Translations under genes and position numbers: made by a program
From: Candidatus Pacearchaeota archaeon
Lineage (GTDB): Archaea > Nanobdellota > Nanobdellia > Pacearchaeales > GW2011-AR1
Assembly (NCBI GenBank): GCA_040879805.1
Contig: JBBDJP010000001.1
Span: 614-64,613 of the forward strand
Reading direction: 5' to 3'
Length of the DNA: 64,000 bases
Notes under the pieces: model-generated
Seen by the model: the letters and a program-made list of their open reading frames with translations, nothing else
What the model was told of the DNA's origin: nothing
Database searches by the model: none
Shown here: positions 44,073-54,170 of the stretch, piece by piece
Layout: each line of letters opens with the position of its first letter
Numbering within the stretch: position 1 is the first letter of the stretch

Positions 44073-44462
44073 TTATTTCTTTGAAAAATATCTAAGTGCC
44101 TTATCTATATTATTAAAATATTCTTTACGAGTTACTGGTTTTTCCATAGATGCAAGGGCCCCATATTCTTTAACAGCCTTTCTTCCTTCATGAAGTCCTA
44201 ATGCATTATGAAGGATATAAGGAATCTTAAGAGAATTCAATTTATCTCCTTGATTTTTATTCACAATATATTCCTTAAAACTAGGATTATCCAAAACCAA
44301 TGTAGCAACATTTTCAAATCCCTTATTTGAAATTCTCTGTTCAAGATCTTTTGAAGTAGGGAAACTTTCAAAACCGATATTAGGGAAATCTTTTTTATTG
44401 AATTTCTTAAAAGTTAAGGATATTATAAAATCCTCTTCAATAACTAAAACTTTATTTTTCAT
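44073..44462 (-). CDS. Stand-alone CheY-like receiver (REC) domain protein
   Basis: 'KVLVIEED' (acidic pocket), 'TLVLD' (candidate phospho-acceptor Asp) and 'MEKP' (conserved Lys-Pro) occur at REC-like spacing. The start is taken at 'MKNKVL'; the ORF is open to 44486. Confidence 0.5.
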   Translation of the reverse strand: MKNKVLVIEEDFIISLTFKKFNKKDFPNIGFESFPTSKDLEQRISNKGFENVATLVLDNPSFKEYIVNKNQGDKLNSLKIPYILHNALGLHEGRKAVKEYGALASMEKPVTRKEYFNNIDKALRYFSKK

Positions 44463-44463
44463 T

Positions 44464-44742
44464 TTAAATTCCAGCCTCTTTTGCAATTATTTCTAAATGG
44501 TTTTTAATAGTAACATGAGGATTCTTAGTTTCAAAATTATTTATTTGTAAATTTTCTCCTTCAAACAAATAATCATTTATTACATAAGTTTCAATCTCTT
44601 CAGTTTTTTTATTCCTTGAAATTATTGTAGGTTTTAAATAAAGAATCTCTCCTATAGAAACTCCTTTAAAAAACTTATCTTCAATTTTGCAATTATATAG
44701 TTCCCCTTTTATCAACTTACGTTCATCTTTATTCAGCGCCAT
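44464..44742 (-). CDS. Hypothetical small protein (92 aa) immediately upstream of the REC gene
   Basis: The ORF abuts the REC gene. No family recognised. Confidence 0.4.
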   Translation of the reverse strand: MALNKDERKLIKGELYNCKIEDKFFKGVSIGEILYLKPTIISRNKKTEEIETYVINDYLFEGENLQINNFETKNPHVTIKNHLEIIAKEAGI

Positions 44743-44856
44743 TTTAATTTTATCTCCTTTGTAAAAATATTTGTTAAAACCTTATTTTTCATGATAAAGG
44801 CAATATTCTAAGATTTATAAAGGTTTCTAATATGTTGTCTTTTTAAAAAGGTAACA

Positions 44857-47160
44857 TTATCCAAAATAAGAACTTTCAAGAGGAAGTGCAGATTTTGCGG
44901 ATTTTACAAAATTATTCTCTATCTTTTTATATACATCAAGAAGTGGCTTACTTACACTTGGCGTTACTTTTTTCATTGCTTCTTCAAAATGTTTGTTTTT
45001 AACAACTTTAGCATCTTTAGATTTTCTCAAAGCGATCATTGCTGCTTCTCTAGTTAAAGCCTCGAGATCTGCACCTGTATAACCTTCTGTTTTCTTTGCA
45101 AGACTCTTTATGTCAACTTTTTTATCAAGAGGCATTTTTTTGCCTTCAGTATGAATTCTCAATATGTTTTCCCTTCCTTTTTCATCTGGAGCTCCTACTA
45201 AAAGAACTTTATCAAACCGTCCAGGTCTTAAAACTGCAGGATCAAGCATATCAGGCCTATTTGTAGCTCCAATAACAAGAACATCATTAAGATCTTCCAA
45301 ACCATCCATTTCTGCAAGCATTTGATTCAAAACCCTTTCTACAACTTTATCACCTGAAGAACTTCCTCCTCTTTTACCTGCGAGAGAATCTATCTCATCA
45401 AAGAATATTACACATGGAGAAACTTGTCTTGCCCTTTCAAAAACTTTCCTCATCCCTTCCTCAGATTTTCCAACCCACATGCTTAATAAACTAGGCCCTT
45501 TAACTTGAATAAAATTCGCTTCAGCCTCTTTTGCAACTGCTTTTGCAAGCAATGTTTTTCCAGTTCCTGGAGGTCCATAAAGCAAGATTCCTCTTGAAGG
45601 CCTTATTCCCATTCTTTTAAATCTCTCCGGATATTTCAAAGGCCATTCAACAGCTTCATTAAGCTCTTGTTTAATATTTTTCAGTCCACCTATGTCTTTC
45701 CACCCTATATTTGGAGATTCAACAAGAACTTCTCTCATGGCACTAGGCCTCACAACTTTAAGAGCTTCTGTAAAATCCTTATGATTAATCACAAGACCTT
45801 CTAAATCTTCTCTAGAAATTTCCTCATCTCCATCAAGTTTTATATCTGGAAGAATTTTTCTTAAAACATTCATTGCAGACTCTTTAACAAGTGATTCAAG
45901 ATCCGCTCCTACAAAACCATGTGTTGATGCGGCAATTTTATCCAAATTAACATCCTTTGTAAGAGGCATTCCTCTTGTATGGATTTTAAGAATTGCTAAC
46001 CTTCCTTCCTTACTTGGAACATTTATTTCAATCTCTCGATCAAATCTTCCTGGCCTTCTCAAGGCAGGATCTATAGAATTAACTCTATTTGTAGCTCCAA
46101 TAACTATGACTTTTCCTCTTGATTTAAGGCCATCCATCATCGTCAAAAGCTGTGAAACAACACGCCTCTCAACTTCTCCTTGAACATCTTCTCTTTTTGG
46201 AGCAATTGCATCAATTTCATCAATAAAAATAATTGTTGGAGAAGTCTTTTCTGCTTCCTCAAAAATATTCCTTATTTTTTTCTCAGACTCTCCATAAAAT
46301 TTACTCATTATCTCAGGACCATTCAACAAAATAAAGTTGGACTCTGACTCATTTGCAACTGCTTTTGCAAGCAATGTTTTTCCAGTTCCTGGAGGTCCAT
46401 GAAGTAAAACTCCTTTTGGAGGGTCGATACCTAACTTATGAAAAATTTCAGGATGTTTCAAAGGAATTTCAACCATCTCTCTTATCTTTTTTATCTCTTC
46501 ACTCAGTCCACCAATATCTTCATAATTTATTTCAGGAATATTTTCTTCAGTAATTTCAACAGCTTTTGGATTCAAAGTAACCTTAGTATTTTCAGTAATT
46601 TTAACTGGCTGATTAGGACTTGCATTTACTACTAGGAACTTTATTTGTGTTATTCCTCCGACTCTTCCAAATCCCATATTTCCAAGCATGTCTCCAAGAA
46701 CATCTCCAAAATCAGAACCAAATTCATCTGAAAGAAGATCTTTTCTTCTTTGAACTCCTCCCAAAACAACAACATCTCCTTTTACCACTGCTCTTGCAAG
46801 TAAGCCTCTTCTCAAACTTGAAGGATCAGCCTGAACCATTATATTTTTCTGAGTTGGTGCAATGATTATCTTCTTAGCCTCCTTAATATCTGCTTTAGAA
46901 ATCTTGACAATTTCTCCTATCCCTGTCTTAGCATTCCTTCTTATTATTCCATCTACTCTTATTATATTCTCACCAACATCTGCAGGATAAGCCCTATCAA
47001 CAATAGCAACAGTCTCCCTATTTCCTTTAATAGAAACATAATCTCCTCTTCGAACTCCAAGCTCTCTCATAATTTCTCCATCTATTCTTGCAATGCCTTT
47101 ATATGCATCATCTTGCTGTGCTTCTACTATTTTAAGCTGAACTTCTTTTTTTTCCGCCAT
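44857..47160 (-). CDS. cdc48: Cdc48/VCP/VAT-type AAA+ ATPase (double AAA)
   Basis: N-domain '[25 protein letters not shown]'. Two Walker A motifs '[15 protein letters not shown]', two Walker B motifs 'IIFIDEIDA' and 'VIFFDEIDS', and the SRH. Confidence 0.95.
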   Translation of the reverse strand: MAEKKEVQLKIVEAQQDDAYKGIARIDGEIMRELGVRRGDYVSIKGNRETVAIVDRAYPADVGENIIRVDGIIRRNAKTGIGEIVKISKADIKEAKKIIIAPTQKNIMVQADPSSLRRGLLARAVVKGDVVVLGGVQRRKDLLSDEFGSDFGDVLGDMLGNMGFGRVGGITQIKFLVVNASPNQPVKITENTKVTLNPKAVEITEENIPEINYEDIGGLSEEIKKIREMVEIPLKHPEIFHKLGIDPPKGVLLHGPPGTGKTLLAKAVANESESNFILLNGPEIMSKFYGESEKKIRNIFEEAEKTSPTIIFIDEIDAIAPKREDVQGEVERRVVSQLLTMMDGLKSRGKVIVIGATNRVNSIDPALRRPGRFDREIEINVPSKEGRLAILKIHTRGMPLTKDVNLDKIAASTHGFVGADLESLVKESAMNVLRKILPDIKLDGDEEISREDLEGLVINHKDFTEALKVVRPSAMREVLVESPNIGWKDIGGLKNIKQELNEAVEWPLKYPERFKRMGIRPSRGILLYGPPGTGKTLLAKAVAKEAEANFIQVKGPSLLSMWVGKSEEGMRKVFERARQVSPCVIFFDEIDSLAGKRGGSSSGDKVVERVLNQMLAEMDGLEDLNDVLVIGATNRPDMLDPAVLRPGRFDKVLLVGAPDEKGRENILRIHTEGKKMPLDKKVDIKSLAKKTEGYTGADLEALTREAAMIALRKSKDAKVVKNKHFEEAMKKVTPSVSKPLLDVYKKIENNFVKSAKSALPLESSYFG

Positions 47161-47520
47161 TTATTTTTTACTCCTCAATTTTACTTTATTAAAACTCAAT
47201 GAAAGCCTACCAAAATCTTCAAAACAAAGTCTTACCATGTCATCCATTATCCTCTCCTGTTCACGAATAAAAGAAACAATCTCTTTTGGTATTGAAACAG
47301 CATAACTATTTCCAACAAGCCTCATCTTTACTTTATATTCTTTATTCTTCAAATTTATAAATTTGTTGTATTCTTGTTTATCATAAGGATGAATTATCTG
47401 CTGCCCACAATTAGGACATGAAACTACTCTCAATATAAATCCATTTTTAGCTACTTCATTTTTAGCCATTTTCTTATTACACTTATTGCAAAGTATGGTG
47501 TTATCAAATATGTCAGCCAT
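47161..47520 (-). CDS. Zinc-ribbon plus SpoVT/AbrB-like domain protein, abutting cdc48
   Basis: 'CNKCNKK...CPNCGQQ' is a four-Cys ribbon. 'VKMRLVGNSYAVSIPKEIVSFI' is AbrB/MazE-like. Its stop is directly adjacent to the cdc48 ATG. The ORF is open to 47553. Confidence 0.55.
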   Translation of the reverse strand: MADIFDNTILCNKCNKKMAKNEVAKNGFILRVVSCPNCGQQIIHPYDKQEYNKFINLKNKEYKVKMRLVGNSYAVSIPKEIVSFIREQERIMDDMVRLCFEDFGRLSLSFNKVKLRSKK

Positions 47521-47850
47521 TTTATTATGATTATCAACCGTGCCAAACGACACGGCTGGGGTTGAAAAGAGGTTATGAGGATATACCTCTTGTGTATACG
47601 AACAAAGATATACTATTTAAATATTTCGGTAGGAAAGTCTTTTACAGAAAATTGCTTAAGTAATTTTTTGTTCAAGTTTTACATGAGTTTAATCAAAAGA
47701 ATTCTTAGAAAGTCAAGAGAAAAAATCCGAACTATTTAATTATTCTTTAAATGAATTTTCAAAACATATAAAGAGTGAGGGAAACGTATTTATTAAGTAT
47801 GATTTAAACCACTAACAAAAACTTAAAAACTTCTCCCAACTAAAAGTTTA

Positions 47851-48462
47851 ATGGAATTGAAAGAGGCTTTCAAAAAATTCTGGTATCTTCTCTGGGAAGA
47901 TGATAGCTTCAAAGGATGGCTACTTTCAATTATTTTTATTTTTGTATTCATAAAATTTATTTTCTTTCCAGTTCTTACATTAGTAACAGGAACATCTCTC
48001 CCTTTAGCAATTGTTGAATCATGTAGCATGTATCATGAAGGAAACCTCTTTTCAGATATTGATTCATGGTGGGAAAAAAATAGAAATAAATATTCTGAAT
48101 TTTCAATAAACGAATCTAACTTCCAAAATTTTCCTATGAAAAAAGGATTTAATAAAGGAGATATTCTCTTTATAGTTGGTACGGACCCAAATAAGCTTGA
48201 TGTAGGTGATGTGATTGTCTTCAATGCAAATCAACAGCACCCTGTAATTCATAGAATAGTAAAAATAGATGATTCAGAAAATGAAAAAATCTTCTCAACT
48301 TTTGGTGACAACAACAATGGCCAATTATCTTTTGAAAAAGAAATAACTGAAGAAAAAGTTATTGGAAAGGCCTTATTCAGGGCTGCACCTTATTTGGGAT
48401 GGGTAAAGCTTTCTTTTTTTGAGTGGAAAAAGAATCCAAATGAAAAAGGATTTTGTAATTAA
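47851..48462 (+). CDS. Signal peptidase I, archaeal/eukaryotic Sec11 type (S26B)
   Basis: 'VESCSMYHEGN' (catalytic Ser box), 'GDILFIV', 'PVIHRIV' (His box) and 'TFGDNN'. Confidence 0.8.
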   Translation: MELKEAFKKFWYLLWEDDSFKGWLLSIIFIFVFIKFIFFPVLTLVTGTSLPLAIVESCSMYHEGNLFSDIDSWWEKNRNKYSEFSINESNFQNFPMKKGFNKGDILFIVGTDPNKLDVGDVIVFNANQQHPVIHRIVKIDDSENEKIFSTFGDNNNGQLSFEKEITEEKVIGKALFRAAPYLGWVKLSFFEWKKNPNEKGFCN

Positions 48463-48505
48463 TCGGAACCTTTTTAAAAGAAGTTGAGTAGGAATTAAAG
48501 TTAAA

Positions 48506-48814
48506 ATGGAATTTTGTCCTAAATGTGGTGCTGTTCTTATTCAAAAGAAGAAAGGAGACGGTTGTCCTAGATGCAATTATTCTTCAAAGAAAAAAGTTAA
48601 ACTAAAAACTTCTGAAAAAATAGGTGAGAAGAAAAAAATTGATGTGGTTTCTGAAAAAGATTCAGAAGTCCACCCTGAAATAGAACAAGAATGTAAAAAA
48701 TGTGGGAACAAAAAGGCTTACTTCTGGACAATGCAGACAAGATCTTCAGATGAAACTGAAACAAAATTTTTCAAGTGTACAAAATGCAACCATACTTGGA
48801 GAGATTATAGGTAA
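48506..48814 (+). CDS. tfs: Transcription factor S / RNA polymerase subunit M-like
   Basis: N-terminal Zn ribbon 'FCPKCGAVL...CPRC'. C-terminal TFIIS ribbon 'CKKCGNKKAYFWTMQTRSSDETETKFFKCTKCNHTW' with an acidic loop. Confidence 0.9.
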   Translation: MEFCPKCGAVLIQKKKGDGCPRCNYSSKKKVKLKTSEKIGEKKKIDVVSEKDSEVHPEIEQECKKCGNKKAYFWTMQTRSSDETETKFFKCTKCNHTWRDYR

Positions 48815-48844
48815 TTTTTTAATCTCTCTTAACTATTAGTTCTA

Positions 48845-49270
48845 ATGATAAATAGATTATTTAAAAGAAAAAAACCTTCACCCTGTGTTGTAGGAATCAT
48901 AACCAAAGAAGAAAAAATTCTTCTGACAAAAAGAGGAAAAATTATTCCTGAAAAAGATAAATGGTGCCTCCCTGGAGGCCATATGAACATTGGAGAAAAA
49001 GTAGAAGACACAATCAAAAGAGAATTAAAAGAAGAAACCGGTCTTAAAACAAAAAAACTTAAATTTTTATTCTATCATGATGAAATTATACCTAGGCTTA
49101 AGCTCCATTCAGTTGTTCTAGTTTTCAGTTTAAAAGTTTCAGGAAAATTTAATCCAAATTTTGAAGTTTCTGAAATAAAATGGTTTAGTAAAGAAGAGAT
49201 TAAAAAATTAAAATTAGCATTTACTCATAAAGAGATAATAAAAAGATTTTTTAAGGAAAGAAAATCTTGA
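48845..49270 (+). CDS. NUDIX hydrolase
   Basis: Nudix box 'GGHMNIGEKVEDTIKRELKEETGL'. Confidence 0.8.
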   Translation: MINRLFKRKKPSPCVVGIITKEEKILLTKRGKIIPEKDKWCLPGGHMNIGEKVEDTIKRELKEETGLKTKKLKFLFYHDEIIPRLKLHSVVLVFSLKVSGKFNPNFEVSEIKWFSKEEIKKLKLAFTHKEIIKRFFKERKS

Positions 49271-49282
49271 ATGTAAATATTA

Positions 49283-49357
49283 GGCTCCGTAGCTCAGTCT
49301 GGTTAGAGCACTGGACTCTTAATCCAGGTGTCGAGGGTTCAAATCCCTCCGGGGCCA
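49283..49357 (+). tRNA. tRNA-Lys (anticodon CUU)
   Basis: Acceptor GGCTCCG/CGGGGCC, D-stem GCTC/GAGC, anticodon stem CTGGA/TCCAG with loop CT-CTT-AA, T-arm GAGGG-TTCAAAT-CCCTC. Confidence 0.9.
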
Positions 49358-49364
49358 TTTTAAA

Positions 49365-49844
49365 ATGCAATTAGGAAAAAAAACATATTGGATAACAGTC
49401 TTAGGTTTCATTTTGTTTTTTTCTGGACTAATATATCTTACAGGAAATATTACTGGAAAATTCAGTTTGAACGAAGATATTGAAATGAGTGCTATCCAAG
49501 AATGTATTGAAACATGTAATGACATGGTCTCTCAACTTCCTAAATTAAACCCTGAATCAGATAGTTATTCGCGCCAAATTGATAAAATAAACTTGAAGAA
49601 ATATGAATGTATTGAGTTGAATAAACTTGAAGAAAACCCTTTAAATGAAAATGATCTTTTAGATGAATGTGATTATGTTGTTTCTGAATCAAAAACTCAA
49701 CCAGGCCAATGTATTGAATCTGGAAAAACAATATCTCTTGAAAAGGGAGAAAATTGTACTGATGGAATCAAGAAATGCTGCTCCGGAATAGGCTTATGTC
49801 AGGAAGATAATTATGGAATTCCTCAAGTTTCTTGTGTCAATTAA
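49365..49844 (+). CDS. Membrane-anchored Cys-rich extracytoplasmic protein (hypothetical)
   Basis: TM 'YWITVLGFILFFSGLIYL' followed by an ectodomain with 12 Cys (e.g. 'CTDGIKKCCSGIGLC'). The ATG lies 7 nt after the tRNA-Lys 3' end. Confidence 0.5.
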   Translation: MQLGKKTYWITVLGFILFFSGLIYLTGNITGKFSLNEDIEMSAIQECIETCNDMVSQLPKLNPESDSYSRQIDKINLKKYECIELNKLEENPLNENDLLDECDYVVSESKTQPGQCIESGKTISLEKGENCTDGIKKCCSGIGLCQEDNYGIPQVSCVN

Positions 49845-49872
49845 ATTCATCTAGGTTTTTTAGAATAAAAAA

Positions 49873-50139
49873 TTATTTTATTAATTTTTGAATATTTTCA
49901 ATAGCATCGGCAACTTCTCTTCCTTTCTTAGTCAATTTTATTATCTTTATTCTACCTTTTTTCTCAAAATCAACCAATTTCAATGAATTTAATGTTTGTA
50001 AAATTTTCACTGCATGACTATACGTACAGTCAATTTCCTTAGCCAAAATGCTTCCATATCTTGGTCTTTTATTCTTCTTTAAGGAAACTAGCATCAAGGC
50101 CGGCTTCCTCCGAAAAAATATATCAAAATTGTCTTTCAT
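49873..50139 (-). CDS. Small winged-helix transcriptional regulator (ArsR/PadR-like)
   Basis: 'RYGSILAKEIDCTYSHAVKILQTLNSLKLVDFEKKGRIKIIKLTKKGREVA' fits an HTH plus wing. Confidence 0.6.
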   Translation of the reverse strand: MKDNFDIFFRRKPALMLVSLKKNKRPRYGSILAKEIDCTYSHAVKILQTLNSLKLVDFEKKGRIKIIKLTKKGREVADAIENIQKLIK

Positions 50140-50319
50140 TTTCTTTTGTAGATTTGTATTTATTTTTAATGTTTTCTAAACATTATTTTGTAATATATGT
50201 ATTCAATAAGTCTTTTTAAATCTTTACATTTATTAATTATAAAATAGTAACATAAACTCTTTGTCGAGGAATTTTTATAGTAAAATCTTTATAATCCTAA
50301 AAATACAAAATATTAGAAA

Positions 50320-50610
50320 ATGTCTCATCACAAAAAATCTTTGTTTTCAATATTCTTACTTGGGTTAGCAATTTATCTCCTCTTTCCTACACCTGATGAG
50401 ATATTCTTTTACCCCACCTTAGGATTTATAATTTCTGAATTATTTTCAACATCCCAATTGAAAGGTCAAATAATATCTGCAATTATTTATAGAACAATCG
50501 GAATAATATCTTTAATACTTGCTATATTGATTGGAGGTAAATCAATTTACAAAAAATTTGAGAAGAAAATAAAATCTAAATTCAATACATATAAAAATTA
50601 CATTGATTAA
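50320..50610 (+). CDS. Small three-TM membrane protein (hypothetical)
   Basis: Hydrophobic helices. Lies 8 nt upstream of topA. Confidence 0.4.
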   Translation: MSHHKKSLFSIFLLGLAIYLLFPTPDEIFFYPTLGFIISELFSTSQLKGQIISAIIYRTIGIISLILAILIGGKSIYKKFEKKIKSKFNTYKNYID

Positions 50611-50618
50611 ATTATAAA

Positions 50619-52937
50619 ATGCCCCGTAAACCTCAAAAATCAAGAGAACAAAAAATTGTTGAAGAATTTTTCCCTATAAGCCCCTCTGATATAAAATATT
50701 CTGTAGAAAAAAAATACAATTCTTATAATCAAAGTCCTGTTTTAAACGATAAAAATTTCTCTAAAAATCTGAAAACTAGAGTTAAAAAATCTGCTAAAAA
50801 GTCTCTTAAATCCAAAAAAAAGAAAAAAAGTGCTAAAAAGAAAACTATTGAATTTAAACCACCAAAAATAAAATTAAAAAAAGATGGTTATGAATTAATT
50901 ATAACTGAAAAACCCCAAGCCGCAGCAAAAATTTCTAGTGCACTTGGAAAGTCAACTAAAAAATCTGTAAAAGGAGTTCCATATTATGAGGTTGATAGGG
51001 ATGGGGAAAAATTAATTGTTGCCTGTGCAGTAGGACATCTCTTTACATTAAAACAAAAAACAAGAATGCCTGCAGATAAACCTATTTTTGATCTGTTATG
51101 GGTTCCAAACTATCTTGTAAGAAAAAATGATTTTAGTAAAAAATATCTCGATGTTTTAACAAAATTAGCAAAAAACGCGGGAACAATCACTGTTGCAACA
51201 GATTATGATGTAGAAGGAGAAGTTATAGGACTTAATATAATCAGATTTGCTGCAGGGCAGAAAGATGCAAAAAGAATGAAATTCTCAAGTTTAACTGAAA
51301 AAGAACTTAATGAATCTTATGAATCCAAATTCAAAAGCATTGATTGGGGCCAAGCCATTGCGGGCGAAACTAGGCATTACTTAGATTGGTTTTATGGTGT
51401 AAATCTTTCAAGATCTCTTATGAATTCATTGAAATCTATTGGAAAATTCAAACTAATGTCAATTGGCAGGGTACAAGGTCCAACACTAAAACTAATAGCA
51501 AAAAAAGAAAAAGAAATTCAAAAATTTGAGCCAAAACCATATTGGCAGGCCTTTATAAAAATAAATAAACCTAAAATTACACTTCAATATTATAAAGATA
51601 TTTTTGAAAAGTCAAAACTAGATGAATTTCAAGATTTAATTGGAAAAAATGGGGAAGCTAAAACAGAGAAAAGAAAACGACAAATTCCACCCTATCCTCC
51701 TTTTAATCTGACAGGACTCCAAACAGAATCTTATAGAGTTTTTGGAATAAGTCCTTCAAAAACACTAAAAATTGCCCAAAGCCTATATCTTAATGGTTTT
51801 ATCTCATACCCAAGAACTTCTAGCCAAAAACTTCCGCCATCTATAAACTACAAAGAAATTTTGAAAAAACTTTCTAAAAAATACAATGTAGAGAATTTAA
51901 TTAAAAAAAATAAACCAACAGAAGGAAAGAAAACAGATCCTGCACACCCTTCCATCTATCCTACAGGAGAATCTGAAAATTTGTCAGCATTGTCAAAAGA
52001 AGAAAAGAAAATATATGACTTAATTGTGAAAAGATTTTTATGTCTCTTCATGGAGAATGCCGTTATTGAGAATAAAAAAATGACTGTAAATGTCGAAGGC
52101 CATAAATTCCATAAAAAAGGGAATGAAATACAAAGAAAATCTTGGCTTGAAATTTATCCGAAAAAGATTAAGGAAGAGAAAATACCTGATGCAAATGGAA
52201 ATGTAAAAATTTCAGATTTCATGACTGAAGAAAAAGAAACAAAACCTCCAAAAAGATACACTCCCGCATCACTAATCTCAAAATTAGAAAAAAGAAATCT
52301 TGGAACAAAAGCCACTAGATCAAACATACTTGAAACTTTATTTAATAGAGGATATATCAAAGGTCAAAGTATAGAAACAACTCCCTTAGGAATGTCTTTG
52401 ATTGATACACTTGAAAAGAATTCTCCAATAATAATTGATGAAGATCTTACAAGAGATTTTGAAAAAGAAATGGAATCTATAAGAAATACAAAAAAAGATC
52501 CCGAAAAAAAACAAAAAAAAGTTATGGAAAAAGCAAAAAAGTCAATTACAGAAATATCTAAACAGTTCAACAAAAAAAAGGAAGGCATAGGAAAAGAAAT
52601 ATCTAAGGCGAATGAAAAACTTAGAAAACAACAAAAAAAAGAAAACAGACTCATTATATGTCCAAAATGTGGGGAAGGCCATCTTGGAATTACATACTCT
52701 AAAAAAACAAAAAGATATTTTGTTGCATGTGATGCATACCCTAATTGTAAAAATACTTATTCATTACCTCCTAATGGCCTTATTAAAAAAACAGATAAGA
52801 TCTGTGAAGATTGTGAATTCCCTATTTTAATGCGTCTTAGTAAGGGAAAACGTCCATGGCAATTTTGCTTTAACCCAGAATGTCCCAAAAACAAGGAAAG
52901 AATTGAAGCTTACAAAAGAAAAAAGGATTCTTCTTAA
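50619..52937 (+). CDS. topA: Type IA DNA topoisomerase with a Lys-rich N-terminal extension and two C-terminal zinc ribbons
   Basis: Toprim 'LIITEKPQAA' and 'ATDYDVEGEVIG'. Active-site 'FISYPRTSSQ'. Ribbons 'CPKCGEG...CDAYPNC' and 'CEDCEF...CFNPECP'. Confidence 0.9.
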   Translation: MPRKPQKSREQKIVEEFFPISPSDIKYSVEKKYNSYNQSPVLNDKNFSKNLKTRVKKSAKKSLKSKKKKKSAKKKTIEFKPPKIKLKKDGYELIITEKPQAAAKISSALGKSTKKSVKGVPYYEVDRDGEKLIVACAVGHLFTLKQKTRMPADKPIFDLLWVPNYLVRKNDFSKKYLDVLTKLAKNAGTITVATDYDVEGEVIGLNIIRFAAGQKDAKRMKFSSLTEKELNESYESKFKSIDWGQAIAGETRHYLDWFYGVNLSRSLMNSLKSIGKFKLMSIGRVQGPTLKLIAKKEKEIQKFEPKPYWQAFIKINKPKITLQYYKDIFEKSKLDEFQDLIGKNGEAKTEKRKRQIPPYPPFNLTGLQTESYRVFGISPSKTLKIAQSLYLNGFISYPRTSSQKLPPSINYKEILKKLSKKYNVENLIKKNKPTEGKKTDPAHPSIYPTGESENLSALSKEEKKIYDLIVKRFLCLFMENAVIENKKMTVNVEGHKFHKKGNEIQRKSWLEIYPKKIKEEKIPDANGNVKISDFMTEEKETKPPKRYTPASLISKLEKRNLGTKATRSNILETLFNRGYIKGQSIETTPLGMSLIDTLEKNSPIIIDEDLTRDFEKEMESIRNTKKDPEKKQKKVMEKAKKSITEISKQFNKKKEGIGKEISKANEKLRKQQKKENRLIICPKCGEGHLGITYSKKTKRYFVACDAYPNCKNTYSLPPNGLIKKTDKICEDCEFPILMRLSKGKRPWQFCFNPECPKNKERIEAYKRKKDSS

Positions 52938-54148
52938 AACCATTTACCAAGAGTCATTTGAGTTTTCATCTGTTCCAAAAGACGACTCTTTCTTAAAACT
53001 TTATCTGGATCAAAACCAAATTTTATCATTCCTATTTTTTTGGCACTTTCAGTCATTTCATTCATTGATGTAAATTCAAATTTTTTATGGGCAAGAGCTT
53101 TTCTTACAGACTCACGAACAACCCAAACTCCTAAAGAAGCCCAATAACTAGGAAGTTCAATTCTAACTGCCAAAACAGACGCCTGTTTTTTTATCTTATT
53201 CAGATATTCAATAATTGGAAGCCTCGAAGCATAATAACCTCCAGAAGTATTTGAAGCATAATTTTTTCTACCCGAAAAAGGCTCAAAATCTGTAGCGGCT
53301 TTTATCTGATTACTTGGATTCCAAGAACTTCCAGGAAGATAAAGTTCAAAAAGCTCATAACTCCATACTCCTGGAAAAAGCATTATAAGATAAGCATTTC
53401 CCATAAACTCTCCAAAGAATAATTCATGATTTTCAATCCATTTGTAATCTCTAACCTTCTCTAAAATTTTCTTCCCAATCATATCATCTGTTGCCGTAAT
53501 AGACCAACGTGTAGGAACAAGTTTTTTATTTTTTTTTAATCCTAAAACACCTACACTCAATATTTTACTCAAAGTATATTCATCAAACTGATTCTTATAA
53601 AGGTACTCAATACCTTCAGAAGCCTTTAAATCATCATTAACAACCTTATCAAGTTTCCTTTTAACCTTAACATTCCCAATTATCTTTGCCCTCTTTAACT
53701 GAGCTGCTCTTCCTTGAGGTGAAAGAATTTTGTCTTTATTTGATTTATTTTCAATCTTTCTTTGAAGTTCCAATTCAACATCAACAGGTTTTGATGAAAG
53801 AGCAAGTTCTTGAGCTATTTTTAGAAAGCGATCTTTTTCTGATTCTGAAACAACACTCTTGACTTTGGTCTTGAATCTTGAATTTAAAAGACCTTCTCTC
53901 AGTGCCAAAACATCTTTTATCTTAAAATTATTTTCTGCCCAATATTTTTCTTTGTCATAAATCCATGCATTTTTGTCTCTTTGAAAAGGACTTAAGATAC
54001 CTACATTAACTGAAGGATATTTTAAACCAGAACCTACAAAAACGCTAGGAGGAGAATTTGTATCTAAATTAGAAATTTTGTCCAAATTTTTATACTTAAA
54101 CCTAACCTCTGCTATTTTTTTTATAGTCTCAAACCGTAAATCTTTCAT
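52934..54148 (-). CDS. nreA: NreA-like archaeal DNA repair protein (Nre_N/Nre_C, DUF650/651)
   Basis: 'PPSVFVGSGLKYPSVNVGILSP', 'LVPTRWSITATDD', 'SGGYYASRLPIIEYL' and 'LGVWVVRESVRKAL' fit the Nre family as I recall it. Confidence 0.65.
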   Translation of the reverse strand: MKDLRFETIKKIAEVRFKYKNLDKISNLDTNSPPSVFVGSGLKYPSVNVGILSPFQRDKNAWIYDKEKYWAENNFKIKDVLALREGLLNSRFKTKVKSVVSESEKDRFLKIAQELALSSKPVDVELELQRKIENKSNKDKILSPQGRAAQLKRAKIIGNVKVKRKLDKVVNDDLKASEGIEYLYKNQFDEYTLSKILSVGVLGLKKNKKLVPTRWSITATDDMIGKKILEKVRDYKWIENHELFFGEFMGNAYLIMLFPGVWSYELFELYLPGSSWNPSNQIKAATDFEPFSGRKNYASNTSGGYYASRLPIIEYLNKIKKQASVLAVRIELPSYWASLGVWVVRESVRKALAHKKFEFTSMNEMTESAKKIGMIKFGFDPDKVLRKSRLLEQMKTQMTLGKWF

Positions 54149-54170
54149 AAAAAAACTTAATTAAAATCAT

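Noticed and set aside
44857-44871. Cdc48 ends in '...SSYFG' and the unrelated 164-aa protein at 23762..24256 ends in '...KGYFG'. I considered a shared proteasome-docking (HbYX-like) C-terminal motif.
   Set aside because: HbYX requires a penultimate Tyr at the very C-terminus, and here the order is Y-F-G. Two occurrences of a 3-residue string are within chance. It cannot be supported from sequence alone.
47554-47850. The longest intergenic region (about 300 nt), with a 7-bp hairpin AAGAGGT...ACCTCTT. I considered a non-coding RNA such as a C/D box sRNA or a riboswitch-like element.
   Set aside because: It shows no C/D (RUGAUGA/CUGA) boxes, no extended GC-rich helices and no conserved-looking structure. 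It is most simply a divergent promoter region with A/T boxes.
49319-49525. A 68-aa minus-strand ORF.
   Set aside because: It runs through the 3' half of tRNA-Lys and the start of the plus-strand membrane protein gene, so it is an artefact.
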